Assembly: GCA_047967505.1 (NCBI GenBank)
Contig: CM106538.1
Strand: one strand, 5' to 3'
Source of the DNA: Dipteris shenzhenensis
Taxonomy: Eukaryota
Length of the DNA: 64,000 nucleotides
A program made the position numbers and the translations under genes. Under the pieces are notes generated by a model. That model worked only from the letters and a program-made list of their open reading frames with translations, was not told the origin of the DNA and did not search any database. Below are positions 1-14,010 of this stretch, in pieces. The stretch's first letter is position 1, and every line of letters begins with the position of its first letter.

Positions 1-1843
1 AGTTCATTTGCGTATGATCCTCCTGCATTGGTGCTTTTCCGTTATCCTTGCAAGCAAGTCCTCGTTGTTCTTGGCATCTTTGTAGAGTAGGTTCTTGTGT
101 GACTACTATTGGTGCATCTGCACTCATTGATGCTTTTATATTGATAGAGTTGGGGCTCTGCTCCTGCTTTTGCAATGGTGTACATTTAGGCTTAGGGAAA
201 GCATGGACGGACTGTTGATTATTCTGGCGAGGCTTGGGTACACAGATATAAGAGTTGCCAAGGTAATATCCCTGGTAGTCGTGTTGAAACCCATTGGTAA
301 TGTACCTTCCTTGTGGGATGGCACCGTCTTCTTCTTTGATGTTGAGGTTTGTTGTTTACATGAGGGGGTCTCTGGAAATGGTGAGGCTTGATGTTTAGAG
401 GAGGGGGTGGCTTTATATGTTGAGGTTTCTTTGGAATCCAAAAATATGATTCACCCTCAAAGTATCCTTGAGCCTTCAGTAGATCCTCTCGAACCCATAT
501 TTGCTTGGTTGCTTTTTGTCTTGGTCTTCTTCCTTGGTGGCTTCCTTGACAAGGTGGGGAGGTGGAAGTAGTTGCTGATGTTGATCCTTGGCTAGTGATT
601 GGTGCATCTTGATGGTATGATTCATCACCAAATAACCCTTTGTAAGTGTCTTGCATCTAGCTTTTACCAAGAACGGAGGCTTACGTAAAGATACCCGGGC
701 AGGAGCTACAAAAAACTTGCAAGGCACAACGTAATTGTCCAAGGAAACATTCAACATTAAAGAACCAATAACCTTAATAGAGATACCCTCTATGGATTGA
801 AATTCAAAATCACATACTTCAAGGTGTACATGGCCAAGATGCTTTCATGTCTCCCAAGAGATGAGATTTTTTCTCTCGCCAATCTGCCATGGCTTGTATT
901 TAGCATGTTGCACCTTCTTTGATGTTAACTCTACCCAAAGTTGAGATGGACTCATATTTATCTCATTAGGACCAATATCAATTGCATGTTCAACTTCATT
1001 AGGTAGTACTACCCTTATGGTGTAAAAAGGTGTAATGGCAGTAGGTTTATAATTGCCAAGGTGCATACATTGAGTTCCTTTCGTACTTGGCAAATCTATT
1101 GTGACTAGTGTATGCATCCAATTTATTGAGTCTTCTAACTCAAATATAAGAGCATACTAAAAGTCTTCAAGGTCAAAGTATTGGCCTAGTTTGTTGACTG
1201 GTACCCTTGGAAGGTCTTCAGCTTGATTGGGAGATTCAACATTCTCAGGATTAGTGGACTGGGGTGTCACTATTTGCCTATTCGTCCAATCACAAAGGTC
1301 TCTCCAAAGGGTTAGGTCGCCTCAGAGAAATGTCGCAATAGGCATCGCCGCCTCTGTGGATAAAAATGAGGCTAATCCTATGATGTATCGAGGACCAATG
1401 ATATGTGCCCTGCCTATCGATTTTGACTCTTCCAAGCCATATAAGGACATGTTGTCATCCTCCTTTAGTTGTTGCAAGGTGGGGTCTTCTTCAAACATCC
1501 ACTCCATAAGGGTGGATCCCTCTTTGAAGGGCGTGATACACCTTCTTCTACCCTTTCAGGTATTTGCAAGGCTTTTGAGACTCGAGTGGTTATCTCATAT
1601 ATTGGATGAATTGTATCAACACTCTTAGTTGCCTTGGGCCTCTCACATTCCTCTTGGCACTTGCATACCAATTTATGCGTCTCGGTGAGACATTGTTTGC
1701 CCACCCATGTTTTGGGATATTCACCGTGACCCTTAGGTGTTGTGCCTTGCCCATGGGTTGAAGCCCTTATAATTCCTTCATTTGCCTCATGCAAGTGCTT
1801 GTTGGTTGCTGGTACCATTTGAGAAAGTATCACCAGAGGAAGA

Positions 1844-2452
1844 TGTTAAATTACACGGCGCAGCGGAACAGAAACTGAATAAAGAATAGAGAGTGCACAG
1901 CAAACTTTTCCTTCAATACTAATGTAGTACAGATGATGGCTCCGTCCACCCGTGCGCTCCCACAGTGGAGCTTAGATGGCGATCTAGACAAATACTAGGT
2001 GAAGAGCTACCAGCTGGAAGATTTGATTTGATCTGAACTAATCTGATACAATGGACTATGGAGGTCGCCTCTTTATAGCTATGAGGGTGATAGTCGGATC
2101 AACGTAGTTGGTGGAGTCGACCACTCGACCTAGTCGGTGGAACTGACTAGTCGTCCATGGAATATTCAAGGAATATTCCCTATATCGTCGCCTTGAGGGC
2201 TCCCATCCCGGAACCCCCACCAGGGGGGCCGTTGGTCTCCAGGCCCAAGCCCCAGCAAGAATAAGGGGCTCCCACACAATCACCTTTCTACCATCAACGG
2301 TCTCATTGATAGACGTCATCTGACATGCAAGTCAGGATCCATCCAGTGTCTCGGGCTCACACATGGCTTCTCCTCATATGGAGGCCTTACAACTTGAGCA
2401 CCTTGGACCACTGGTGGTAACCAAGAGGGTGGGGCATTGAGCATATCTAACA
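1844..2452 (-). repeat. 3' LTR of copia-1
   Basis: Reads TGTTAAATTACACG...GAGCATATCTAACA, a direct repeat of 6577-7197. Followed on the plus strand by CCCCCCCTCAA, the PPT on the minus strand. Confidence 0.95.
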
Positions 2453-5400
2453 CCCCCCCTCAATGTAGGTGAACTACCTTCTCGGCCCAATGCCGAGTCT
2501 CTGAAGATGACCCTAAAGCTGATCCTTCCCAAGTGCCTTGGTGAAGATATCTGCTCCATTTTGCTCTGTTGGACAGTAGACCAATTCCACTATCCCGTCC
2601 TCAATCAAATCATGCACATAGTGATACTGAATCTCTATATGTTTTGTGCACGCATGAAACACTGGATTTCTAACAATGGCCATGCAACTTTGATTGTCAC
2701 ACCTTAGCACAGTTGCCTCATCCTCTTGCACTCCCATGTGCCATAAGATCCTCCTCAGCCACACTGCTTCATATGTAGCAAAACATGTTGCCTTCTTGTA
2801 CTCAGCCTCGATAGAAGACAATGCCACTGTTGGTTGTTTCTTACTGATCCAATAGAAGATACATGAACCTAAAGAGAAACAATATCCAGAAACTGATTTC
2901 CTGGAATCAACATCTCCAAACCAATCTCTGCATCACAATGACGAGAGCCAAGAGTGCCCGTACCATAGGTGATGCCATAATCAAGAGTGCCCTTCACATA
3001 CTTGAGCACCGGCATCCCTACATTCTACAGGGCTTATTGGAGAACCTGCTCAAAACGCCAACAGCAAAATTAATGTCCGGTCTGGTGTTGCACAGATAGA
3101 TGAGACTGCCAACCAACTTCCTATACCTCTCGATGTTTACTAGTGGTGAGGCATCCTCCATAGACAACCTCACATTTACCTCTATAGGTGTAGCTATCTC
3201 CTTGCACTCGAACATACCAAATGCCTTCAAGATCTCCCTTGCATATTTCTATTGAGAGATGAAGATCTTGCCTGGCTCTTGCCAAACTTCAATCCCCAAA
3301 CAGTAGTGCATCAAGCCTAAGTCTATCATCTCAAACTCAATTCTCAACGCCTTTCTTGTTTGTTGGATCATGTCTTCATAGTCACCTGTAATAAGGAGAT
3401 CATCCACATATAGAACAATAATAGTAGATTTTCCACCTTTCCTGTACACATACAAGTTAGCATCTGAGGCACTTGAAGTTTAACTTATGAAAGAATTTGT
3501 CTATCCGTTGGTACCATGCTCTTGGGGCCTATTTCAGCCCGTACAGACCTTCTTCAGCTTACATACCTTGTTCTCAGAATGGGGGGCTGAGCCACGTACA
3601 CCTCCTCCTTGAGGTCACCATTCAAGAATGCTGATTCAACATCCATTTGATAAACTGGCCACTTTTTATGAGCAGCCACTGATAGTATTGTGCAAATAGT
3701 GGTCATTCTGGCAGTCAGAGCGAAAGATTCCTGAAAATCAAACCCTTCAACCTATGAAAATCCTTGTGCAACCAATATGGCTTTATACTTTTCCAAAGTC
3801 CCATCGGCCTTGTACTTTACCTTCCAAACCCACTTGGTGCCAATAACCTTTCTGTTAGGTGGTCGATCTACTAGCTTCCAAGTTTCATTCTTCATGATGC
3901 TATCATATTCTACTTGCATATAGCACTTTTCCAATCTCGGTCTGCAAGTGCTTCCTCCAAATTTGCAGGCTCCTTTACTTCTACAATAATCTCAGCCATC
4001 AAGGCCATATTGACTATGTGAGCAAAAGCCCTCCTTTACTCCTCGATTCTCTAAGACCGCCTTGGTCCAACTGCATGCTGCTCAATAGACATAGGCATCT
4101 GGTTATCATGGTCGTAGAGCTACCTTACCCATCGTGGCAATGGCTTTTTCGATGGTGTAACAACAAGTTGGTGACTTATACCTTCATCAGCTGATATTCC
4201 CTCCTCCTTTATAGCTCCTGGGACAGGTCCATAGTGAATTACCTCTTCACTTGATGATAATGTGGAAGAGCTCTTCTCTACATGTAGCTGATCCCTGAAC
4301 ACCACATCGCGGCTTGCTATTTGCCTCTTGGTCATACAACTTATAGGCTTTCTTCTCATCACAATAGCCTAAGAAGATACATTTGGTGCTTTCTGGTTGT
4401 AGCTTGTTTCTCTCTTTGTCTGGTACATGCGCATAGCATTCACACCCAAACGTTCTGAAGTAAGAGACAGATGGCTTCTTACCGCTGTAAGCCTCATGTG
4501 GTGTTTTACCTTTGAGTACCTTTGTATAGTTGCGATTAAGGATGTAAACCGTAATATTGATAGCCTCAGCCCAAAAGTGGTTTGGCAGTCCAGCACCTTT
4601 CAACATACACCTCCCCATCTCCATGGTGGTCCACATTCGATGTTCAACAACTGAATTTTGCTAAGGCGTATGTGGTGTCGTCGTTTGTCGCTTGATCCCT
4701 TTGCTCTTGAAAAAATCACCAAACTCTGTAGAAACAAACTCACCACCACCATCCGATCTGATTTTCTTCACTTTTCTCCCTATTTCATTTTCAACAAGTT
4801 GTAGCCATTCTTTAAATTTACCAAAAGCTTGAGCCTTTTCGCAAAGAAAGTACACCCACATCTTCCTACTATAGTCATCAACAATCAATAAAAAATAGGA
4901 AGATCCCCCCAAGGCCTGTGTAGGCATCTTACCGCACAAGTCAACATGCACCAACTCTAGAGGAACGTTTGCTCTATTCTTGCTTTCTTGTGGGAATGCC
5001 TTTCTCTTTTGCTTGCCCATCATGCAAGCTTCACATGGTTCTTTGATTTCTGCGATTGCAAGTAAGTGAGCAACCATACTTGCTTTTGCATCTCCTTCAG
5101 CACTGCAAATCTGATGTGGTTGAATCTTTCATGCCAAAGTCTGCTTGTGCCCACTCCAACAGTGGCTGTAAGAGCACTTAGCTCATACAGGTTGTTCCTC
5201 CTTACTCTTGTGCCAACAAGATTGCGAGCACTATCCAAAATTTTTGCTCCTATCTTGTTGAACCTCACCTCATGGTCAAGGTCAATTATGGAAGCAACTG
5301 ATAGAAAATTCCTCTTGATTTGTGGAACATACAGCACATTAGATAGTTTCTTAACATCTCCATTTACAAAAACAAATGAAATTGTATATGTACCCTCAAC

Positions 5401-6564
5401 AGGGCATTTTGCATTATTACTAATCATCACGGTGATGGGTTCCTGCAAAGGCTGCATGGAACAATATAGACCCTTCTTGCAGGTCATGTAACAGGAGACA
5501 CACCCATGAATCAGTGGTTGAAGCTTCTTGAACTGAGGAACACTCTTCCTCAATGGCCAAAAAAAGATCCAACTTTGCTTCCACTGTGTTAGCTATCTCT
5601 TTCCCCATTTGTCTTCTTCAAGGTACCATTCTTTTCATCTACTTTTCTTGACCCGACAATCTGCAATCATATGGCCCTTCTTCTTGCGGTAGAAGCATTC
5701 TCCCTAAAACTTCTTGCCGCCCTTTTTCTTTTTGTCACCACTAGTAGAGGACTCACCTTTGGTGGAGGAACCACCTTTGCCTTTCACAGTGGCAGAGAAC
5801 GTAGCATCCCCATTGCCGCCTCCATCTCGAGCCATCTCGAGCTTTAAGCCTCAATTCCTCCTCCATAAGTAAAGCACAGAACTCCTCAAATGACAATGGT
5901 TGGGGTCTCACCTGAGTGTTAAGCGCTATTACCAGTCCATCAGACCTTGGTGGACATATCCGGAGACACCACTGAGCTAGCTCTTCGCTAGTCTTTTGTA
6001 TCCCAGCACTAACCAGGTCACGCAGATTTTTGATTTGGGTTATGAATGCCTCCGTTGTCTCTTCTTCAATAAACTTCTCAACTGCAAGCTGATTCTCCAA
6101 GTTCTCGATCCTTGTCTGATTCTACATCTCATACTGACTCTTCAATATGTTCCAAGCCAGAGTTGCCTTAGATCTATGCTGACCAAAACACTATCAGTAG
6201 TACTTGTAACCAAGGCACACAAAGCATCTATGTTCCTGCGTTTCCAAGCTCGTAGAAGGTTGACATTAGGAGGTATCGTACTCCTCGAATTTGCTGGGTC
6301 GGGGGTTCCTTGTGGTTTTGGGTCAATCCCTAATACTGTCTCCAAAAGCTCATATGAATCCAAAATAGCAATAATTTTAAACTTCCACAGTGTAGTTCAT
6401 ACCATCTAGCTTGCCTTCAGTGAAGGCTAGTGGGCAAATCCTCAACGCTTGGATTGTTGGTGCAATAGTAGCTGTTGAACTCGAGCCGCTTCCTGTTGCC
6501 ATCACTCCGTATGCTGTTGAAGCCCTCGCCTCTCTTCTATTCTTTGATCCTTAGAGCCGCCTAG

Positions 6565-6576
6565 GCTCTGATACCA
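6565..6576 (-). promoter_or_regulatory. Primer binding site (tRNA-iMet) of copia-1
   Basis: GCTCTGATACCA is the reverse complement of TGGTATCAGAGC and abuts the 5' LTR. Confidence 0.93.
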
Positions 6577-7197
6577 TGTTAAATTACACGACGTAGCAGA
6601 ACAGAAACTGAACAAAGAATAGAGAGTACACAACAAACTAGAGAGGAACAAACTTTTCCTTCAATATTGATGTAGTACATATGATGGCTCCGTCCACCCA
6701 TGTGCTCCCACAGTGGAGCTTAAATGGCAATCTAGACAGATACTAAGTGAAGAGCTACTAGCTGGAAGTTCTGATCTGATCTGAACTCATCTAATACAAT
6801 GGACTAGGGAGGTCGCCTCTTTATAGCTATGAGGGCGGTTGTCGAATCAACGTAATCGATGGAGTCGACCTATCAACCTAGTCGATGGAACCGACTAGTC
6901 ATTCATGGAATATTCAAGGACTATTCCCTATACCATCACCTCGAGGGCTCTCGCCCCCGAATCCCCACCAGGAGGGCCAACTAGCCCCTAAGCCCCAACA
7001 AGAATAAGGGGCTCCCACACAATCACCTTTCTACCATCAATGGTCTCATTGATAGACCTCATCTGACATGCAAGTCAAGATCCCCATCCAATGTCCTAGG
7101 CTCACACATGGCTTCTCCTCATATGGGGGCCTCACAACTTGAGCACCTTAGACCACTGGTGGTTACCAGGAGGGTGGGGCATTGAGCATATCTAACA
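6577..7197 (-). repeat. 5' LTR of copia-1
   Basis: Direct repeat of 1844-2452 with many substitutions and small indels, so an older insertion than copia-4. Confidence 0.95.
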
Positions 7198-8379
7198 AAA
7201 GATGATGCTGCTACAAAGGCCATGTCTTCATCCGACCCATCTTGGATGATGACCTTATTGTGTCCCTTCCCAATCTTTGTTGCACCCTTGGTGCTTACTC
7301 ATGCTGATTCAATTGCCTCTCTAAGCTATGATGTGCTAGCTTTATCCCTTTTGGCTTGTTTGTGAAGCTCTTTATTAAGGGCTTTAGCTTTTTAGCTTGC
7401 AACCTCATGATTACATTCAAGGATACTAACACTTGGCTTCTTTCAACACTTAATAAGTTAAGGCTTGTGGTCTTAAATAGCCTTCTCATCAAGCAGACCT
7501 TAAAAAGATGGTCCACACCACAGTCAATGCACAATGACAATGGTGTATTAGACATTGGTGCACATGTGATTAGCTGATTTGATTGCCCCTTTTATGGACA
7601 CTCATTGGCTGGGTGTGGCCCTTGACACACAAGGGCATTTAATGGGTTGTGTCTTAGTCAAGTTATCCTTATCTCCCATTGTTTGAGAAATTGTTGCCAT
7701 TTGGTAGGCCAAAATGTATTGGTCATCTTGTACAATGTAGTGACTTATAATGTCAAATCGATTAGCATTATCACCAATATGGGAATTGTTGTTTCCATTA
7801 AAGATAGGCTTGGGGTCTCCCCAATCAATAGGTAGTTCTTCCACCAATACTTGATTCAAGGGAGTAATTCATGGTGTTGGTGATTGAGGTCCCAATGCTA
7901 ACAAGGCTAATGGAATATTTTGAGCCCTAAATTACCCTTAATTAGTTGATGTGGCTCCTTGTATTGCCAATTGTGCTTGATTGGATGAATTGGGCAATGC
8001 AAGTAATGGTAGATGCAACCTTTATATCAACATGGGTTGAGGAATCACCCTAGGATAATGACATTGGGATGTGTCATGATCTCCCCAACAAACACAACGA
8101 GCATAAGAGTCTAGCCTTGCCCTAAGATGAGGGCACTTCTTAGTGGGATGATTTCCATTGCATACCCCACACCATATGTTATCTCTTTATGGAAATAGAT
8201 GGGGGTTGCTAGGAGCATCTTTTGGTGCTTCTATCTTGCATTGTTAGCTCAACTTGTTTAATAGATCTATGGCCAACTTTTCCATATTTAGCACCTTGGG
8301 CATCATGCTAACATCCTTAGTTGCTTCTAAGGTTAGCCTTCGCTATTTAGAGGAAGCAACAAATTTATCCCTTTGGGGC

Positions 8380-8625
8380 TTCTCCCTCATGTTATCCCCT
8401 AAGCATATCGTCATCTTGCTACATAGTCCGAATGAGGTGGGATTCATATCAAACAAAGGATCATGCAACTTAACATTCCCTAGCCCTATGAGGAAGTGGG
8501 GAATGGACTTCTCCCTCATGTTATCCCCTAGGTGTATCGTCATCTTGCTACATAAATCGAATGAGGTGGGATTCATATCAAACAAATGATCATGCAACTT
8601 AGCATTCCGTAACCCTATGAGCAAG
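8380..8625. repeat. Tandem duplication, ~130-bp unit, 2 copies
   Basis: CTTCTCCCTCATGTTATCCCCTA...GAATGAGGTGGGATTCATATCAAACAAA...CCCTATGAG occurs at ~8380 and ~8508. Confidence 0.85.
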
Positions 8626-8857
8626 CCTGGCAAAAGCTACACATCACTCATGCTCGAGGGATTCACATCACAAGTTCATATGTTTAAATCTAGGTGGAAA
8701 TATACTACTCTTAAGGATTCAATGTCCTTTTGCTTCACCAAATAAAGCTAGTTAATTGGGCTCCACTATTTTTTTGTCCTTATTATTACTTTTAGCACAT
8801 TTTCCAATTTTTTAGCAATTTTTTGAGATATACCATTGAGCTTTTGCACCAATAAGA

Positions 8858-9356
8858 AACTACTCTTCAAAAGTGACACTTGACCATGTAAGAGTTAGAT
8901 GACACCACAACCATCACAACTACAATTGCAATTCCACTCTTCATTTGAAGAAATTATGGACATTATGAATCAAATTATTGCTCACTTGAGTGAATCCCTT
9001 GGAAAATGAATTCTTGATGCTAACAATTTTGGGGACATGACCACAATTGGGAAGTGAAAATATAGCCATAGCTCACCAACTTCAAGTTTACTCACAAGTG
9101 AAACATTGAAACTACTCTTCAAAAGTGACTTGACCATGTAAGAGTTAGATGACACTACAGCCATTGCAACTACACTACAATTCCACTCTTCATTTGTAGA
9201 AACTATGGACACACTGAGTCAAATTATTGGTCACTTGAGTGAATCCCTTAAGAAATGAGTTTTCTTAATGCTAGCAATTCTAGGGACATGACCACAATTG
9301 GGCAAGTGAAAAAATATAGCCATAACTCACCAAATTCAAGTTTACTCACAAGTGCA
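8858..9356. repeat. Tandem duplication, ~250-bp unit, 2 copies
   Basis: AACTACTCTTCAAAAGTGAC..TTGACCATGTAAGAGTTAGATGACAC...CAAGTTTACTCACAAGTG occurs at ~8858 and ~9110. Confidence 0.85.
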
Positions 9357-10152
9357 AGCATTGTTAGTTTTCAAAATTACAAGATTACTTCTTTTGTTAC
9401 CAAAAAGGAGAGATTCCATGTTATGGCATATGCTTGATTTGAGCATGGGCATCTTTCATGTTCAAATCTTTCAAACTTTAGGACAACCAATGCTAACCAT
9501 GAGGTTGCATGTTGGAAGTCCTAAAAGACATGTCTAAGCACAAACACTATTTTTTGAGCTTATTTTGTAGCAAACATCTTAAGCAACCATGGGTGTAGTT
9601 GTGGCCTCTTCTAAAAACTCCAATCAATGATGGGCCAACATGAAATGTTGTTAAAATTTTTTCAAAATTATTTGTGCATGACATAGAATATCATATATAC
9701 TAGTTGTATGGTAACTATAGCTAAAGGAGAACCATGAAGACACTTGAGAATCTTAGACTAGACAAGCTTAGCAAAGAAACCAATGTTCATACTCCTCCCC
9801 CCAAACTCTCAACCATATGTTTTCATAAAGCTACAATGTTCCTTTACACTACACAATTTTATTACTATATCAAAGGGAACTTCATATAGATTCTCAATTA
9901 TTGTAGAAGCCAATAAATGCTTAGAGACATTTTCCCCTACTTTTGGGTTGAAGACATTTCAACAAATATACTAAGCTTTTGCCATAAAATACTAGGTAGT
10001 TTAGATCCTTGCTTTATGAAGTAAATATCTTCCATGTATATTACTTAATAAATATGCTAAGTTTATTCTCTTTAATGTAAACTAGGTTTCTATTTGATCA
10101 ATTAAACCTCCACAACAAACTTATTTAATAGTCATAGTAATGATAGCAATAA

Positions 10153-10193
<41 letters not shown>
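10153..10193. repeat. (AGT)n microsatellite
   Basis: Uninterrupted run of AGT/TAG trinucleotides. Confidence 0.95.
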
Positions 10194-11025
10194 CACTATA
10201 TCATTAAAGACAATAACAAAGTGGGATGATCACACCAACAAAACACATCATCATGAAAGACACCCACTACAATAGCTCTAAACTAAGAAAACACTATACA
10301 AGCATGCAACAAAGTGTTACATGCTCACCAATGCAACACACTTGGGTAGAGAAAGTTTAAATAACAACTTTCCATCAAGAACAATGTGTTCCAACATAAA
10401 CAACTAAAGTATTTACACTCACAATATGGAAGGCACCCACTACAAAAGCTAAACCAAGGAAGGACAAGAGAAGAGTTCGAGACGAGTGTATAGATACTTA
10501 CCCGTGCAGTTAGTGCTCCAATGTGAGGCCGGGAGCTTCGAAAACGACAAACAAGCAACGCCCGTTCAGAGCGAGAGCATCTTGAACTAGTCATAGCACG
10601 TTGCGAAAGAGCATCTTGCCCGTGTCATTATGTCCCCTCAATCAAGCTAGCCATTCGAGATCAGATCAAGGACAAAACGACCCAGGCTCCACGACAAAGC
10701 AAAGACAATCCTGTAGTGTAGACCTGGCATTGTCAGCCGGATTTCTGTACATCGAAATGCGATGTAAACAGAAACTAGCAACGCAACTGTCTAATGTGGA
10801 ACAGCTAATTGCAGCCCAATTCCAAGTCCCTCAGCGAAAGCCCTCGGATCTCAATTCAATCAATTTGAGAAAAGAACGGAGGTAAACCCTTTCCCACATC
10901 ACACTGTAAACTACAGAGAAGAGATTCATCAGGCAATCCAGGTTTAGCACCATCTGACATGGAAAATTCTGCAGGAAAGGGTGGTGTTAATGAACACCAG
11001 TTTAAATTATGTCTCAAATCGCTTC

Positions 11026-11839
11026 CTATGCTGGAACCTTGGCCTTCTTCGCAGCAGGAGCCTTAGCCTTCTTCGCAGACTTGGGCTTTTTGGGCGCGGC
11101 AGCCTTCTTCGGGGCAGGCTTCTTAGGAGTTGTCACTTTCTTCGGAGCAGCTTTCTTAGCCTGAGGGGCTTTCACAGTGGGTGCCTTTGCCTTCGCGGCT
11201 TTCGTGGGCTTAGCAGCAGGCTTTGGCTTTGTAACTTTGGTGGCCTTCACCGTCACAGGCTTGGGAGCCTTCGCTGCTTTTACAACCTTGGGAGATTTTG
11301 GAACCTTGTTCTTGGAACCCTTTGGACGCCCAGCTTTCGCTTTCTTCCCGGGAGCAGCGGGTGCCTTGGCTGGCTTCTTCAGTGCTTCAGACAACTTGTA
11401 GGAGTTTTTCACCTGTACAAGCTTACCTTTTTGACAAGACCTCTTAAGATGAGTAGACAACAGTTTCTTGAAATTGGGGGGCAAGCCAGTCTTGTATTTG
11501 TCCTCCATATACTTAGCGATAGCCTTCTGGCTAGATCCAGTCCTCTCCTTAAGAGCGGCGATAGCCTCCACAATCATCTGAAACAAAATGAAAAGAAGAA
11601 CATTAGGCAAATATAGCTATATCAGAGCTGAGAAGCAAGCAGGAAATGCTAGCTTCAGGAACGCAAAAGGGATGTACCTGCAAGTAGGTGGGGTGGGCAG
11701 GAGCAACTTTGGCAGATTTGGGAGAAGGCTTCTTCTCCTTGGCAGCTCTAGACTTTTTATCCTTGGTAGGCTTGGGTTTGGCTACGGCGGCAGCATCGGA
11801 GAAGGGGGCAACGGGGTCAGGGGTAGGATTGGAGGCCAT
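11026..11839 (-). CDS. Histone H1 (linker histone), 2 exons: 11839-11678 and 11577-11026, ~237 aa
   Basis: Exon 1 ends HPTYLQ at a CAG|GTACAT donor. A 100-bp phase-0 intron (11578-11677) ends TTGTTTCAG. Exon 2 encodes the globular domain MIVEAIAALKERTGSSQKAIAKYMEDKY...GKLVQVKNSYKL and a K/A/P-rich tail. Confidence 0.96.
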
Positions 11840-11919
11840 GGCGAGGGGCTGTAGAAGGATAGCAAAGGGATATGGCTATGGCGATAAGAGCACGAAGACG
11901 ATGAGTGGCAATCGACAGA

Positions 11920-11980
11920 GGAAGAGTATATGTAGGGGGATGGATGGTCGGGGGAAAGGGCTGCTTCCCATTGGCTATCC
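11920..11980 (-). promoter_or_regulatory. Putative H1 core promoter (CCAAT box at 11970-11974, weak TATA-like element near 11926-11932)
   Basis: The minus strand reads GGATAGCCAATGGG, then ~40 bp downstream CATATACTC, followed by a pyrimidine-rich leader to the ATG. Confidence 0.4.
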
Positions 11981-14010
11981 ACATGTAAAGGAGGATCCTT
12001 CTAATTTGAATCTCCACCTTCCGATCTTCCCCCATCTACGGTTCTCCATCGCCTCCTCCACTCAACTTTGAATTTCAAAAATTAGTCCTCTCTATTCGTG
12101 CTCCGCATCTGTGCCCCTACTCAAATCTCTTGTACTTTTAACTAGCACATTTTTGCGTTCTTCTCATAACATGAGGCCTTAGTACTTTGTAGTGCATAGC
12201 AAAAGAACCCCGTTAAGCACACAAACAAGAAACAAACACACACGTGTAAGTTCATCCTTTGAATTTGGGCCCATTCTTGTATTCATGTAATAACACATCA
12301 GCACCTACACTTACTTCACCATGAATCACAATGCAATATTGTTTTCTAATCAAGAGCACGCAATACTATGTTAAATTTATAAAACATACAAAACAAGCTA
12401 CTCAAAACTCCTTCTAAATCAACACACATAACATGCACACAATGCACTATTGTTTTTTCCCCTTGGTCGCTAACACATGCAATGTACTCTCACATGTTCA
12501 TTCTATACATTTAGATGTGATTTGACAACCAGGGTAATCTAAGCCCACCCTCTAGTAAAAATTCATGACAAATACATTCACAAACTCTTGCTCAAATTAC
12601 TACTATCCACAATGCTTCATTTTTGTGATTATTGGCATCACCAAATGGTATGTTTTTATCATGTAAAGAAAACTTTGACATGATTTCTTCCTTCTTCAAG
12701 CTCATATTTCACCATTAATTGTATTTTCTATGGTCTTTTTTAAACAGCTAATAGGCTGGCTTAGTCATTAAGAGGTGGGTTGGCTAGTAGTATTTTGTAC
12801 CTGCAATATCTTTCTGGATTGGCTAGTGTATTTTCTATGCTCATTAATTGCATACTCCATGCTCCACATATAAACGATACTAGACCATTTATTTATTAGT
12901 ATATTCATCTCGTTCTTCATGCTTATATTATACTTCTAAAGTTTCACAATGCTTAAGTACTTTCACTAGCGTAATATAAAGATATAGATCTATTTTTTAT
13001 TTTTTCACCCATCATACATACCTCCTTGTGTGGTGTGTTGCCATCATGTGACCCCTTACCAAATGAGAATGCTGAGGATGTTGTTGCAATATTAGTGTGT
13101 TGTGACCAAACCCTTGATGCATTTCCCTTGACACATTCCTAATGTAGGATAACTTTGGACTTATTATTGTCTCCTTCTCTAGAATTCTTTATGAAAAGAA
13201 GCCATATATTGTAATTGTAAAGGTCTCATATCAAAAAACACCTTGGAATCCTTGATCTTCATTGGTAGCCTTATCTTTCACTTGGGCTGTGGTCTCATCT
13301 ACAAAGCATCTTAGTTTAAGAAAAATGGGCAACAATAAAAGGAACCTAAGAGATACTTTATATAATTTAAAGGCCTCATTATAATTCATGCTTAAAGGAA
13401 AAACTATAATCTACCTAAAATTTTATACTACCTAATGGCTCTTCTAGTTCCTTCATAATGATTTGATGTCTTAGGTCCTTGTAGTTAAACAGTACTATCC
13501 AAGAGGTATCAGGGGTATATATAGGTGGGACAGGCCTATTAGTGAAACAAAGGACATTAACGCTAGAATAAAGACCATATTTTTATCCCTTAAAAAAGCC
13601 TCAATTCATCTTTGATATCAATTTACATAATGCAAATCTATCTTTTAGTATTTAATTCATTGGATTGGTTTGAGAACAATGGTAGGGCTAAATCATGAAG
13701 GGTGTAGCCATTTTTTAGAGCCTCAAGGAATATATTGTATATGGGTAGCATATTTTATCCCATAACTTATGCATTGCTCAATGGATTATCGGGGACCATA
13801 ACAGCTTCTAGCCAGTCACGCTCAAGCACATGTAGCAAAAACTTATTACCACTTTAAGGGATGTTTCACAAGATGAAAGCCTCTCACTTCACAGCCCTAC
13901 ATTGAATGGTATCGAGTATAGCAAAAGAACAAGGTAATTCACACAAACCTCCATTGAGGACACAACCATTCTGGGTTATTTGCTAAGCCAATGTGGGATT
14001 CTTTGATAAT

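Larger units (their letters stand above)
1844..7197 (-). mobile_element. Full-length degenerate Ty1/copia LTR retrotransposon (copia-1)
   Basis: Two TG...CA LTRs, PBS TGGTATCAGAGC, PPT, and near-perfect 5-bp TSD (GAAGA 1839-1843 / AAAGA 7198-7202). Fragmented ORFs in gag-PR-IN-RT-RNaseH order: LELVHVDLCG, RSDGGGEF, KWVWKVK, LYVDDLLITG, TKHIEIQYHYV, ADIFTKAL. Confidence 0.95.
1..8810 (-). mobile_element. Degenerate Ty3/gypsy-type gag-protease-like element, copy A (segments ~1-1843 and 7198-~8810), interrupted by a copia insertion
   Basis: Colinear nucleotide similarity to 27830-30901 and 34880-34982 (e.g. ORFs MLNVSLDNY(V/I)VPCKFFVAP and LC(I/T)(D/G)C(G/D)VDHLFK). Contains zinc knuckles and gag remnants with many stops and frameshifts. 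Outer boundaries approximate. Confidence 0.7.

Noticed and set aside
10981-11616. 211-aa plus-strand Leu/Arg/Gly-rich ORF
   Set aside because: Antisense shadow of the K/A/P-rich histone H1 exon, with no independent motif.
12150-13990. Possible gene upstream of H1
   Set aside because: AT-rich, with no ORF of 60 aa or more and no convincing motif. It is probably old TE debris.
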